In this document: piece by piece, positions 38,701-63,990 of the stretch
Layout of the letters: the number at the start of each line of letters is the position of its first letter
Position numbering within the stretch: position 1 is the first letter of the stretch
Assembly: GCF_002113885.1 (NCBI RefSeq)
Contig: NW_018408638.1
Coordinates: forward strand, 1,307,715 to 1,371,714
DNA: 64,000 nucleotides
Source of the DNA: Mizuhopecten yessoensis
Taxonomy: Eukaryota
Reading direction: 5' to 3'
Position numbers and translations under genes: made by a program
Notes under the pieces: model-generated
The model's database searches: none
What the model was told of the DNA's origin: nothing
Seen by the model: only the letters and a program-made list of their open reading frames with translations

Positions 38701-40443
38701 TACTGCTAAATTTTTACATGAATGGTATATGAAAAGTATGGCATGATGTTTTCGTTGTTAATTTGTCTTCTCTGATAAAGGTAAACAACTTGTTTAATAA
38801 TTCACTTTCTATTAATATTATATTGCCAAAATTATGTTGTGCTTTCTATAAGTAAAGAAAAGTTTTTTAATTTATACTATTTTCGACTGCTAATGCATGT
38901 TATGTGTTTACCAGTATGTACCTCTAAATGTGCACTAAATTATATCAATTTGCATACTTAAAATAGCAAACATCAAACAATGTCTGTATCCATAACTAAT
39001 GTAACCGTCAAGGAAAATACTGCCTTGCTGCAGGCATGCTTGCTTTTCTAGTGATGCAGCTGCAGTATAACCCTGGGATGAGCTCATCACTGGTTCAGAA
39101 ACGTCGAGTGAGGTCAGTGGCTTGATGGATGACCGCACATTACACTAATAATCATACTGAATAATATTTTATATAGTAACGTTAACATGACACTCAAAAT
39201 ACATTATCAAACAGCAGGAAGAAGGATGGCAATATCAATGTTTCTGTACTCCTGTCGTTTTTAATACCAAGATTTTCAGTACTTGTACAATATGTTTCCC
39301 TAAAAGTTATTGATCTATATGTATATACAAATACAGATTTTTGGCCCTTTGACAGTTTTAACCTGGCAATTTGTTAATGTTTTGTACTCTGATGCATGTC
39401 TATGATCTTATTTATAAGATCTTTCAGCATTTTTCGTTTTTACAAAAATGTACGGAAACATATTCTTCTGTTAACCCTTTCATCCCTATGTAACTTTAGT
39501 AGACTTTACCATGCATTGATATGGAGGGGTCCATTTGGTCTACAGTGGTGAAAGGTACTTAAGCTGACACTAATGGTAGCCCCAGTTTCCTCTGGCCCTA
39601 GCACCAGACTTAGACATTTTGATAGATAGATGTCTGGTGTGGGGCCAGTCTAGAGCGCACTGCTATATGAAAAGGTGGAATTCTCCAACACCGTTGGGAA
39701 TCGATACTATGACACAACACATACCTCACATATATCAATTAAAGGTTTATTTATTGATCCAAATCAGCTCTTTTTATTACCAACAGCTGCTAAATTCCGT
39801 CAGAAGAGTCCTCGATTTTCAATCGTTCAAAATTTCCCACCTGAGTGAACGACATTTTTGTAGATCATGGGGTGACTTATCAACAAACCGTACTGATCCG
39901 AACTGAAAACGAAATATATTATTCTTGTTCAGAAGATTTCTGGACCGTGTCTTATTGTTGATTAGTCACTCCAAGATACCAAATGGTGACGGAGAATTCC
40001 TCGTTTTCATAGAGCAGTGCGCTCTGGCCATGGCCCTACACCAGACATATATATGTCAAAATGTCTAAGTCTGGTGTTAGGGCCAGAGGAAACTCTGGCT
40101 AATACTAATGGGTACCAAAATGTCTAGTATTACTGTAATCAACAAGTTTATCTATTTATTGTCAAAGATTTAAAGTAGTTGGCTTGTGTGTATTTGTTTA
40201 CTTATTTATAAAAGCTATGTTAAGTACTATAGAATAATCAATAGTAAGTATGCATTAACAGATATTTTGGGTAGACCAGAGACATATAAAGCCAGTGTAT
40301 ACTCTCTGGGTAGACCCACTGTCTATAAAAAGTAACATTGTCATATACTCACTTCTCAACATAGGTGGAGTGTCTCTTTTGACATATTTCCCAGCAATTC
40401 CATCATTTATACCTGATGCAGAATCTTTCTTTTTCGGCAACAT
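29709..40443 (-). CDS. SAV1: Protein salvador homolog 1 (Hippo pathway scaffold), 7 exons, ~613 aa
   Basis: Exons 40443-40353, 36272-35760, 35478-35275, 35031-34836, 33078-32912, 32433-32372, 30317-29709; phase-compatible (1842 nt). N-terminal [10 protein letters not shown] motif, WW1 [30 protein letters not shown], atypical WW2 [26 protein letters not shown], then VPANPY..EIPQWL and [31 protein letters not shown]. Confidence 0.95.
30330..32050. repeat. 70-bp minisatellite filling SAV1 intron 6, with two copies of the exon 7 acceptor
   Basis: Unit ATCACATCACAGGTAGGTCTTACAGTACTATAGTGATTATCATCATAGTCAAGGGGAGGAATACCCTCAT; acceptor copies at 30449-30480 and 30740-30771. Confidence 0.95.
32700..32930. 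repeat. 66-bp tandem repeat spanning the SAV1 exon 5 donor
   Basis: CAG|GTAC on the minus strand at 32911, 32845, 32779 and 32713, exact 66-bp spacing. Confidence 0.88.
33407..33989. mobile_element. Non-autonomous DNA transposon (MITE), copy 1
   Basis: Perfect 17-bp inverted repeat TAGCAGTATACAGTAGA (33409-33425) / 33971-33987; related copy at 46553-47182. Confidence 0.7.
34192..34379. mobile_element. Fold-back MITE (~75-bp inverted arms)
   Basis: ATTCCGTCTTTGCGTATTGCAGAGTTATCT...GTGAG is mirrored by CTCAC...AGATAACTCTGCAATACGCAAAGACGGAAT. Confidence 0.8.
37905..38710. repeat. 38-bp minisatellite (~21 copies), SAV1 intron 1
   Basis: TTCCACTGAAACCCTACTGCTTTAATACAGATATGGGC units. Confidence 0.93.
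39471..39562. mobile_element. Short degenerate TTAA-flanked (piggyBac-like) MITE
   Basis: TTAA-CCCTTTCATCCC ... GTGGTGAAAGG-TAC-TTAA. Confidence 0.4.
39577..40101. mobile_element. 525-bp non-autonomous DNA transposon with ~95-bp TIRs and a 10-bp TSD
   Basis: TAGCCCCAGTTTCCTCTGGCCCTA... / ...TAGGGCCAGAGGAAACTCTGGCTA; TSD ACACTAATGG (39567-39576) vs ATACTAATGG (40102-40111). Confidence 0.85.
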
Positions 40444-40889
40444 TTTGATGGAATTAGTTTAATATGAGCTTTGTAGTTGAAAGACTTCCATCAGCACAGA
40501 CAATAATTGTCTTCCTGCACTTCGACTACTTGTTGATCTAAAGACCAACTGTTGATCATCGATAATTAAAACTCGCCTCAAATATATAGCAACAAATGTA
40601 ATATATTCTTTGTTGAATAGGTCAATAGATGGTTGTGTATGCTTAATAATTTATTGATGGGGACATCCTGTTCTTCAGAAAAATCCATGCATTCTGCACA
40701 TTCTCTGGCAGGTCAAAGAAATTCCAGCATAACGACACCGCCCTGTTCTGAAAATATGATATTAACATTATAAACTCGAACTTTGTGTAATTGTATATAG
40801 TGCTATTAATAGCTCTGCTATTTCCAAACGTTTCCATCCTTTAGAATTCATTCCGTGGCACAGATAATGACAAATACAATCAAATTAAG

Positions 40890-41030
40890 TCTCTTTCCGG
40901 AAATGTCTCAAGGTGCTCGCTTTGTGAACTACGTCACTGATTCTTCACCGGAAGTGATGTCATGACGTCTGTATGCGTGTTTTCCTTAGCAACATCACAC
41001 AGAGCATTGCAGTGTGTAGTTTAGCAACAA
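40890..41030. promoter_or_regulatory. Candidate bidirectional promoter core for SAV1 and RSPH4A
   Basis: Lies between divergent ATGs (40443, 41100). ETS site ACCGGAAGTG 40947-40956, CCGGAAAT ~40897, CRE-like ACGTCA/TGACGT sites, X-box-like TTTTCCTTAGCAAC 40980-40993, second TAGCAAC 41022-41028. Confidence 0.65.
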
Positions 41031-41099
41031 CAAGCAGACACCTAGACTAAGCACAGCTCTGTTTAGAAGACTGGGAGGGGATCGTTTCCTCATTTTGAA

Positions 41100-44000
41100 A
41101 TGAGTAGCGATACACCACAGACACCAGTCAACATGGATGTTAATATTAACCCGAAAGATCAACAATATATCAATGCAAAATCATATCTTCTCACAGCCAG
41201 CACAGACACAGGAATCAATTTGTAAGTTGATCACACATGCATGTTTGTCTGTTTCAGTCAAGTCTAATACAAACTCATTGTTGCTAAGATTGTTTATGTT
41301 CACATTTGCAAAAAAAAGATTTAAAAAAAGTTGATTTTGATTTCCTTTATCTATGTTTTAATTTAGATATACATTTGTAGGTTAGGTTATAATAATAAAT
41401 GTCATGTATGTGACCGTTGACAAGCAACTTGTATCTTCTTATATTTGACATGGAAGTTGTTTTGAATATAAGTTAACTTGCTAATCATTTGCAAACCATA
41501 TAGTCAAATTGTGGAAAGCGCTGTTTGTTGCCAATGACATAAAGTATTAGAGTTGTAAATCTATATATATATCATACAGTAGTACTAGTAACCATTTTCA
41601 CCTCTTTTCTTATATTTCTTATAATCTGTGTATTCTTTTAGTTTTATACTTTCATCTATGATTTTTATTGCGATCTTTCTTACGTTATGTGGTTTACTAA
41701 TTGCTATAACTTGTAAGTTGTATGTTCAATATGCCCCTAATTTGGAAATAAATAACATTGACACTACATAAACCATTTATTTCACACTTGGAAGATAAAG
41801 CTGTTGTACCACAGAACTGGTCACAACATTTCCCCTACCGGTCATTATATACCATAATATAGCAACGTACTTAATACCTTTATGTATATGTAGAAACCTG
41901 TGGGAAATATAAATGTTGACCAGTTTACTGTTCTTGACAGCATTGTAAGATTCAGGTAGCTTTGGACATCCTTCTGCATAACTGTGGTGTTATGTTGACT
42001 GAACTGATTTTGCATGTTACTGTACTGAAGTATCCATTGGGGACTGTGAAAAGATGGACAGAAATATTGTAAAATAACACACAGCAAACATTGATGTGTT
42101 TACGTCGCATTGGGATATTATTATGTTTTTGAAAATTAATCATCTGTATCTTTCTTTCAGGTTTGACCACTTAAGTTGTGTTCTGACCAAAATTTTAGAT
42201 GAACGTCCCGGAAATGTAGCTGATGTATTTGAAGATGTCAGTAAAGACACAAAGAAAGCCAAATTCACATCAAAAGTGGACACTGTTCAAGACAAAATAG
42301 ACCAGTCAACAGAAGTAGCTTTAGCTCATGTACAGAGGAAATTGTTTGCTGTAAGTTTTGCTCTTGTTTGATAAACTTTTATGAAGACAAATATTTTCAG
42401 TTTATGTAAAAGATGAATTTCAATCATTGTTTTAGTATTTTCTGGATTTTAGTTGTACATGGTTAATGTTTTTTGGAAGTTGATGTTTTCATTTTGGGAA
42501 TTTTAAACATTGAAAGACTGACGATACATTGAAAGGAACAGAAGAATAAAGGTCCAATTATTTGATTCTGTAAACATTAAACTATGTGTATAATACTTAC
42601 TTCAGAAAGGAGATGGAGAAGACCAGGAGCCAGAGCAGGACGAAGAAGTGGAAACTCCACTGCCCAATCTTATGGAGTTGTGCTTTTTCTTCGAACAAGC
42701 AGGAATTGGTTTGAATCGAGAGGAAGTGATCAGAATATGGCTTGCTCTTAAAAATCTTGTAGACAGTCACACATTAGCCCATGTAAGATTCTGGGGCAAA
42801 ATCTTTGGTAGAGAGCAGAACTATTATGTTGCTGAAGTGGAATACAGAGAGGGTGATGAGGAGGAGGAAGAAGAGGAAGAGGTAAAGCTAATTCAGATAT
42901 TTGGAATAACAAACAGAAAAATAGGAATATTGATATAACTTTTTTTAATTATTATTAAATGAGAAAAGGAATCTTTATTTTTTCTATTTTTTCAGATATG
43001 CTTGCATATCAAATACAAACTACACAAACATGATATTTTCTAATTTCATATTCACTTCTATGCTGAGGTGGAAATGAAACTTATTATTGGGTCTGTTTTG
43101 CAGCCTGAAGAACAAAATGAAGAAGAGACAGCAGAAAAAGATGATGAGGAGGGAGAGGAAGGTAACTATTGTAAAGTTTAGTGAGTTACAGCTCCTGGAT
43201 AGGAGTATTTCCCTGATGGACTGTTTCAGAATATTTAAAATCTCACAGTTCATCCTGTGGCAAAAGTTCAAATGTAACAGAAAATGAGAATTAACTTGTG
43301 TGTGAAGTTGATGATGGAAAAATACTAGGCAACTCAGTAAGTTTGTTAGGTTATTGATTGTAACTATATTTATCAACTTTTATATTACAGAGGAACAAGA
43401 GGAGGATGACACACCAAAGCCAGACTTCAAACCTCCACAAGATATCCCTAAGGAAGATAACAGAACAGGCACTAACAAAAAGACCTACTTTGTTTGCAAT
43501 GATCGTAAGTTGTGTTGGAATTTTGAGATTAAAAATAAAAAATTCAATGAACTTTACATTAATTTTGTCTTCATTTAATTGTTCTGATGCTGCATATTTT
43601 GTTTGAAATTTAATGAATTTGTATCAAAAAGAAACCATCTAAAACATTGTTTTATTGTATTGAATATATTTGTACAAGTGATTTATTTATACTATAGCTG
43701 GAAAACCATGGGTCAAGCTTCCCCCAGTCACCCCAGCGCAGATTGCTTCTGGCAGGAATATCAAGAAATTCTTCACTGGTCGCCTCGATGCCCCTGTAAG
43801 TTTTAATATAAATGAACTATAAAATGAATATGTTAGAAATCCTTGTTAATGAATTTTAATTGTTTTATTTTATCTTTTCAAACTTCAAAATTTAAGTGTG
43901 TTTTTCACATAAAGATATCATTTGTTTTCCATAGGTTGTCAGTTATCCCCCCTTCCCTGGTAATGAGTCTAACTACCTGAGGGGCCAGATTGCACGAATC

Positions 44001-45368
44001 AGCTCTGGAACCCATGTTTCACCGCTTGGCTTTTACCAGTTTGATGAGGAGGAGGAGGAGGAAGAGGAGGGAGAAGGTGTGTATACTTACATGACACATA
44101 ATGAAAGTTGTGTATAATCTTTGTATTTAACAAGAACTTTCAAGCAACTTTCACAGTGTAATACTTTTTGCATTCTAACCCCATAGCCTGTTAGGACAGA
44201 CAAGATTTAAGCTATCCCTTCCCCATTGTCTTATAAACTGGTAAAAATTACAAGTACTCCCGGATTCCCTGTTGTCTAATACACTGGACAAGCATATTAT
44301 AACTGATTGCTTTGCCTAGGCAAAATAAAATACTGAATAAGTCCAATGAAAACAAATATGATACAGCAATAAGAGAGAAATGTTCATATTCAGTAATAAA
44401 TTACTTAAAATAAAATAATGAAACCATTCAAACATTCATAGATAGATAGATATTCCAGGAAAATCTTTGAAAGTGATGTCAAGTAGGAAGAGAATAACTG
44501 ATATCTAAGTGTAGAAAGAAAAAAATGTTTTCATGAATTATGTGTATTTTCTGTACAGCTCGGGATCACTTTGTGACCAACCTTGACTTTGAGGGTCTTC
44601 CCCTGCGTGACCTGACTGACTCGTCACTACAACACTGGGTACATCACGTGCAGTACATCCTGCCACAGGGTCGCTGTCAGTGGCACAACCCTGTCCAGAA
44701 GAATGAGGAAGACTTTGAAGATGAGGAGGAGGAAGAAGAAAGGGAGGAGCCTGATGAGCCAGAGCCAGAACGAGGACAACCATTGCTAACTCCTCTGTCT
44801 GAGGATGCAGAGATTGGAAACCTGCCACCATGGACGGCTAAGCTATCATCCAACCTCATCCCCCAGTATGCTCTGGCTGTTCTCCACTCCAACCTCTGGC
44901 CCGGAGCTCATGCCTTTGCCACAGGAAAGTAAGTATCATTTGTAGCTTTGCAAACAACATTTGAAGGTCACATGTCAAGCAATTCTGTCATCCTCAGAGC
45001 TGTGTATTTTGTTGAATGTGTCATTGAAGAAAATTTTGATCTGAAATTTGATATTAACACTAGTTTTTTAACGATTATTTTAGGATAAAACTCTCAGGAT
45101 ATTTCAGTTGGTCATGTTATACTAATTCTGTCATTACAGGAAGTTTGAGAATGTGTACCTTGGATTTGGCCACAAGTACAACCAGGACAACTACAGTCCA
45201 CAGCCGACACCTGGTATCCAGGACGAGTTCCCCAGTGGCCCCGAAATCACAGAGGCTGAGGACCCAACAATCGAGGAAGAGAATGCTCTTAAACATGCAC
45301 AACAAGAAGCTGCTGAGGCTGCTGAGGAGATGGAGGATGCCGAGGAAGAGGAAGATGAGGATGATTAG
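41100..45368 (+). CDS. RSPH4A: Radial spoke head protein 4/6 homolog, 9 exons, ~532 aa
   Basis: Exons 41100-41221, 42161-42350, 42606-42881, 43104-43161, 43391-43504, 43698-43795, 43935-44076, 44559-44928, 45140-45368; phase-compatible (1599 nt). Motifs [101 protein letters not shown] at 45773-45778. Likely co-orthologous to vertebrate RSPH4A/RSPH6A. Confidence 0.95.
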
Positions 45369-45844
45369 ATGTCTTTGAGTGAATAGACATTTCATCAAAT
45401 TATCATTGGACACATCAACATAACAAAAAATTGAATACTTGTTTCATTCCTTTTATAAGCTGTGATAACCAATCTATATTTTGAATACAGAGAATTTTGT
45501 TACCAACACATCTGTGGATATTTAGGTTTGGAAAAAAAGTGAAAGATTTGAAAAAGCTGCTGGTCCAACATTGAAGGCCTTACCTATGGAGGGTTAACTG
45601 TGCTGTAAATATAACTATCCATGGAGACTCTTTTGTCATGTATAGGTTGTGTATACTATTTATATCAGTTGCAATTTTTGCCATGTTCTCTCAAGGATGT
45701 GTGGTGGGTGTTAACGCCCACAGGCAATACTTCCTTTAAGTGCATGCTAATTTACATAATACTGTACAGAAGAATAAATATTATGATAGATTTAATTATT
45801 TGTCCTTGATCTCTGTTGTTTTTCTCAGTGTAGGTCACATAAAT

Positions 45845-46257
45845 ATAGGATCTTAAATGAGTTTTCATTTCATATGAGATTTTATGAAATGAGCCTTAGG
45901 AGTTTTTATATTTGCTAGCCTTGGCGAGCAAAAATTAAAACTTCGAGACGAGTTTCATAAAAGCTCAAATGAAATGAAAACAATTTAAGATACTTTTTAT
46001 CACATAACTCAGAAAATTTACATTTTGACAGGTTTTAAAGCCAAAATGTAGAGGGCTTAATCAAACGGAGACAGCCATTTTGTTGCGCCATTCACAATTT
46101 ATGACGTCAAGTCATTGTCCATATTATGACGTCACAATCAATTTCTGCCTGGCACAGCCAATGAAAAAGCCTCCAGGTTATATTACACTAGTGACTTATG
46201 TAAAAATATTACATGGGCGAATTCACCGGATAACTGCAGGCCGATTGTGTGATAAAC
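45845..46257. mobile_element. Unclassified palindromic non-autonomous element
   Basis: Imperfect hairpin 45850-45991, then an inverted pair TTATCACA (45997) / TGTGATAA (46248). Confidence 0.5.
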
Positions 46258-46552
46258 ATCAATTTGCCACATGCTGAGAAAAAAGTCAATATGACATTAA
46301 AACAATTCAGAGTATTTTTTTTATATACTAAGAGGTTTTGTGGCATGTTGATCACGTTAGACATTCATGATTCAGAGATTGGTTGGAGTTTTATTAACAG
46401 GTAGAACACTATGCCAATCAAACGGAAGAAAACAAGTGAACCAGTATATGGCATTGTTTTATTGTTTTATTTCTTTTCCAAACATTCCTGCCTGAAAAAG
46501 AGGGGCACTTGAGAAAGCATCCTAATCAGCATTGTTCAGAAACTTATGTACT

Positions 46553-47182
46553 GGTAGCACTGTGTACAGTAGCGTACAGTGGCCATGGGTGATATTTTTG
46601 TACAATGAATAACCCCTGTAATATTACATGTAGCAAAATAAATAAAAAAAAATAAAAAAATGGATTTGGTTTGCGAGTACAGTTCTTGCTATTATTACAA
46701 ATCTGTGTCTTCACAACAAAAGCTAGCTTTTGAATAGTCTGTTTTTGTACTCAACACATGTGTAAATATTGTGAAAATTCCAACAGATAAAGCTATGCTA
46801 AAATGCGAGTACCGGTATCTGTTACTGAATGGTAGACATTTAGACTATGGGTGAGGGCCTAGTAACTTGTAAGAACTTGTGCCCAATCACTTCCACTATT
46901 CAGTGTCAATAAAATATGTTTGAATCAAATAGGTATTTAATTTAAGACAGGCGTTAAGAAAAATATCTTACTGCTGGGCGGTAACCATGATTTTCACATG
47001 TCAAAAATCTGGGGAAAACACTTCTTGAAAAAAAATCCATTTATACAAAACTAATATTTATACCATAGTTTATAAACATATATATATATAGGTGTGTTGT
47101 GCAGGATGATTCGTCTATCCATGTGTATCTCATAAATGCCCTTTATTTTTAGGATCAGGCCATTTCTAATATACACTGTTAC
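46553..47182. mobile_element. MITE copy 2 (same family as 33407-33989)
   Basis: Shares GTGGCCATGGGTGATATTTTTGT..ACCCCTGTA, GGTAACCATG.TTTTCACA and GGCCATTTCTA blocks in the same order. Confidence 0.65.
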
Positions 47183-47290
47183 CACTTTTACTCAACACAC
47201 ATTTTCCTTCCAGTCAAATACGCCATCAAAAGATTTTCCAGCATCAGGGTTAATATACAATCAAATTTTATACATGAAACTGGCGTCAAT

Positions 47291-47382
47291 CACTGGCTCT
47301 GTTGGTAGAGTGTCTGTCTAGTGTTCGAAGGGTTTCAAGTTCAAATCCCAGTCTGGCCATCCATTTTTTCCTCTCCTGTGAC
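47291..47382 (+). mobile_element. Degenerate tRNA-headed SINE-like repeat (second copy ~48528-48613)
   Basis: A-box-like TGGCTCTGTTGG, B-box-like GTTCAAATC, shared tail CAGTCTGG..CATTTTT.CCTCT.CTGT.ACA. Confidence 0.45.
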
Positions 47383-47504
47383 ATACACATTCTGCAAAAG
47401 CGGACAATCAAATCAAATTTTTGTCATGTTCATGTTGGTCGCTCCCGGTCAAAACACATCCTCAAATTTATCCCACAATTCTTTTCTAAATATTTGTCAG
47501 TAGT

Positions 47505-47785
47505 TTGATGTCACCAAGGCGATGGCAACATCAGTGATTGTGACGTCACCAAGGCGAAGGCAACATCAGTGATTGTGACGTCACTAAGGCGATGGCAACA
47601 TCAGTGATTGTGACGTCACTAAGGCGATGGCAACATCAGTGATTGTGATGTCACCAAGGCAAAGGCGACATCAGTGATTGTGATGTCACCAAGGCGATGG
47701 CGACATCAGTGATTGTGATGTCACCAAGGCGATGGCAACATCAGTGATTGTGATGTCACCAAGATGATAGTGACATCAGTGACAT
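47505..47785. repeat. 35-bp minisatellite x8 with self-complementary unit
   Basis: GATGTCACCAAGGCGATGGCAACATCAGTGATTGT units. Confidence 0.9.
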
Positions 47786-50722
47786 ATTTTGATTGTGATA
47801 TAATTTAAGTCCACTACAGCTGTTGTACATTTCAGTTTACAAAATTGAACGAGTTCTGAATCAAAATAAGAAACTGTATACCAGAATATTTTTGCCCTTC
47901 GATGGTAAAATGCATATTCACCCAATGATAATTTCACCCTTTACATTAAATAACAATGTATATTATGTTGTTAGCTAATGTTCACTGTAATGATAAATTC
48001 ACCCTCATTATGGAGGGCATATAAGACAACAAATAAACTGCAGCAAAAAAATCTCGGTACACAGTATGTAAACATTAAACTGCATTTTGTTTAGAGTTAT
48101 AGTCCTATAATGCTGAACAGGATTGCAGACCAATCAAATCGTGTGTTCGTGTGGGATTAATATCAGTCTACAGCCCCTTTCAAAAGTATAGGACAATGAC
48201 TGAATATAATTCAGTTTAATACTTATATTTATATTTTTTATTGATCTAGACAACTGGATTTCCTATTCTTGAAATATGAGGTAGAACGTCAATGAATGGA
48301 ACAGCCAACATGTGGGTACATACTAGCTATCTCCAACGTTATGGTGATGACATAATAATTGTAATGATGTTGTGATGCTCCCTCCAGATTCATGGTCATG
48401 CCAGCTGCCATTGGTAGGTTTATATTGTGGCAGTGCAGAACGTAGGTAAATATTGTAGGTTTCTCAAATTTCTATATGTTTGTATGTCAAGTGTAGCAGA
48501 ACTGTACTGGGTCTATTGCCAGCAAACCAGGGAGCTCCATTGGTGAGAGGGACTGTCCAGCATCTTCTAGATTCTAATCTCAGTCTGGTAATGCATTTTT
48601 CCTCTACTGTTACACAAGAAACAAGCCAAGACAATAAAATCTGTTTTATAGTTTTATTAACTAATATTTGTGGTTGTTGTATGTACAAGACTGTCTACCA
48701 CACAGCAAGTTACCTCCCCTTGTACTCCCCCACAAACAGATGCAGATGTCAATTATAATGAAGTGAAAAATGTATGTAAACATAATGTAAAGAAATGAGC
48801 AATATAATGTATGATTATATTATCATTAAACCAAACTATGAATCAAAAAATAAATAAATACTTATGTACAAAATAAATGAATTATTCAACTAGAATATTT
48901 CTTGATCATACACTGTATGGGTAGTAAAATTATATCAACAAATCACAACCTCATTTCTTTTCCAAAATTTGATTAAAATAGAATATTTTATCTTAAGATT
49001 CTTTCTTATGTTAAGAACAATTACATATCAAATATAGAATACCACAAACTAAGCATGTTCACTAAAAACTTAGCATACAATATACTAATGCAGAATCTTC
49101 CACTGGACCAATCTAGCATTAAAATGCAAGTCATTTCCACAAGTGTATATAATGATTGTTACAGTAAACTGAATGTATCTTGATTTTTGGCAAAAGACCT
49201 TGTCAAATTACAAAAATACACTTACTTATTTTACAAAAACTTAAAGATATAGAGAGAAACGATCTTCTTACTGAAAACTTATAGCCCCTTTTTAATGGTA
49301 GGTACTTTTTCAATCAGTTATGAAAGCAGAGAGAAATTCCACTCTAAAGTTGTAGGTGATTTAGCCCTGTTTTGATAAGGGGAACAACTAGTACATAGAA
49401 TTGTTTTTGTTTGTTTGTTCTAGTGAACTGTTACAAATACATGTACAAAAGGTATTGACATAAACATTGTATGTTAGGAAAAATCATATAAAACTTGATG
49501 AGATATTTAATTTTTGATTATTGCAGTACAATAAGTAAAAGCAAATATACATTGTCAGAGAAGGTGTTGATAAGTCGAGATAACTTAGTCACGGTAATCC
49601 TGTTGCCTTATTTGGCGATTAAGTATGTTGATACAAAAGCAATCATACTGTCAAACAGATTCTATTCTAAAACATAAAACTGAATTACTACTCTTCGTTT
49701 TGACATAATACATGTTTTAGATATAATCAAACCACAACATGTACACAAATCAAACTATTCTCACCGTGGATTGATAAGATACATCATGTGATTATGACAT
49801 GGTAAAATCAAGTAAAACACAAACAAGATATCAAATAAAATCGTTTGCTCCAAATATAAATGTCTTATCTAATGTACAATCATTGCAAGATCTATATAAC
49901 AGGATTTCAAAAATAGTAATAAAACAAATCGAAAATAAAACATTGACTAGAAAAACGAAACAATTTTGGTTTCCTTAATAATGTTCATGAATGCTGAATG
50001 TAGGTCTTTGCATAGTGATGAAAAATTACTAATACTGCAAAGATATAGATGTTCAAAATGGTCATCCACAATGCTAAATATATGCACCATGTTGTTGGCT
50101 GTTGGCTGTTGTCAGTCATCAGCAGTAAATCTCTCAACCCAACATATATTATTGCAGTTACCTCCCCTTATCTGTATGGCATGAAATTCATCGTAGAACT
50201 TTTTATAAAGCACTAAATATGGTAGCCAATAATGTCTTAAAAACAAGTCACACACAAACTCACACCTTTGTTTTGGTCATATTTTTACACACATTTGCCA
50301 GCTATCTATGAGCCTGGCAGACCTGTAAACATTAGTCCAGACCTCAATATTCACAGAGCCTGGCAGACCTGTAAACATTAATGCAGACCTCAATATTCAC
50401 AGACAAGATTCTTGTTCTCCATTTTTTAATTCTACAAGTTAGTTACTGTACAAGATTGCGTTCCTTGCACTTCCTAAATGACTTTCATACATATGTGCCA
50501 GTAGTGTAGATGTAGATGTCTTGGATGAACAACACAGAAATGCGATGCATCCTTCACAGAATTTTTAGGATGTCACTGTGTTTACAAATATCTTTGGATA
50601 CCTCCAAGATTTTAATACCTTGGTAAATGCTGGTTTAAATGAGGTCAACAGAAAAATTCATATGCAGAGCAGATGAATTTTATGGAGTCGCTGAAAAAGA
50701 GATTCTTGAGATTCTTAATGAC

Positions 50723-63069
<12,347 letters not shown>

Positions 63070-63619
63070 CTACAAACAGGAAGTTGTAACATTGACAACC
63101 AAGTTGTTATTATACAGTAAAACACCATCATGTCAAACTTAGTTGTAGACCCAAACTCAAACGCAGATTTATGTGTATCAACGTGAGTTTTACTAACTTC
63201 TTAATGTCAGTTTTATGTTTTAAGCATGATCAGCTGATAAGGAAACAGGCTGAAAAAAATCCACCCTTCCCCCTCAATTTAAAGTCTGAGGAACATCAAT
63301 GCTGTAATTTAACTTCTTCTTTAACAAAACAAACTTGTAATCTCTCCACAGACAAGTAACAATTCTGGTTCTCAACATGTCACTGTACATGCTTTACATG
63401 TCCGACACGTTGCTGTATTTCAGGGAAATATTGGTGCTGGAATTTAGATTGATAACAAAACAAACCACTAAAAGCTTTAACTCAAAATCTGCAAGAACTG
63501 TGCAGCAGACCACTTTCTGTACAATGTGCATGATATCTGCATGGAAAACAAGATTTTCTTCTTGTATGAGACTTGAGGCACACATTATGTGGCTAGCATT
63601 TTGATCAAAAAGACAGATG

Positions 63620-63990
63620 TGACATCATAGAAAAGTCTTAACTAAAAGATAACTGTCATTTGGACATTTGCAAAAGTTTTTAGCAAGCAAGATATTTCTT
63701 ACAATTTCTAAGTAAATGAAATATTTAACATTGTAAGTCTTTATTAACAAGATAGCTTTAACATAGAAAGTCTTAATCAACAAGATTCTTTAACATAGAA
63801 AGTCTTAATCAACAAGATGCTTTAACATAGAAGGTCTTCATCAACAAGATGCTTTAACATAGAAAATTCTTAACAAAAAGATAACTGTGATATGGAAATT
63901 TATAAAAAGTATTTAGTAAGCAAGATGATGACAATATCACTGTGACATAAAATGTTGAAACTCTTAATCAACAAGCATAACCGTAACGTA
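63620..63990. repeat. Degenerate ~32-bp tandem repeat
   Basis: TTTAACATAGAAAGTCTTAATCAACAAGAT units. Confidence 0.75.

Noticed and set aside
44538-45413. Minus-strand ORFs over RSPH4A exons 8-9
   Set aside because: Antisense shadows of acidic coding sequence.
47291-47382. Possible tRNA gene
   Set aside because: A/B-box-like motifs only; I could not build a clean cloverleaf, and a decayed second copy indicates a SINE-like repeat.
47505-47785. CRISPR-like appearance (35-bp palindromic repeats)
   Set aside because: No unique spacers, no cas genes, eukaryotic context; the same applies to all other arrays.
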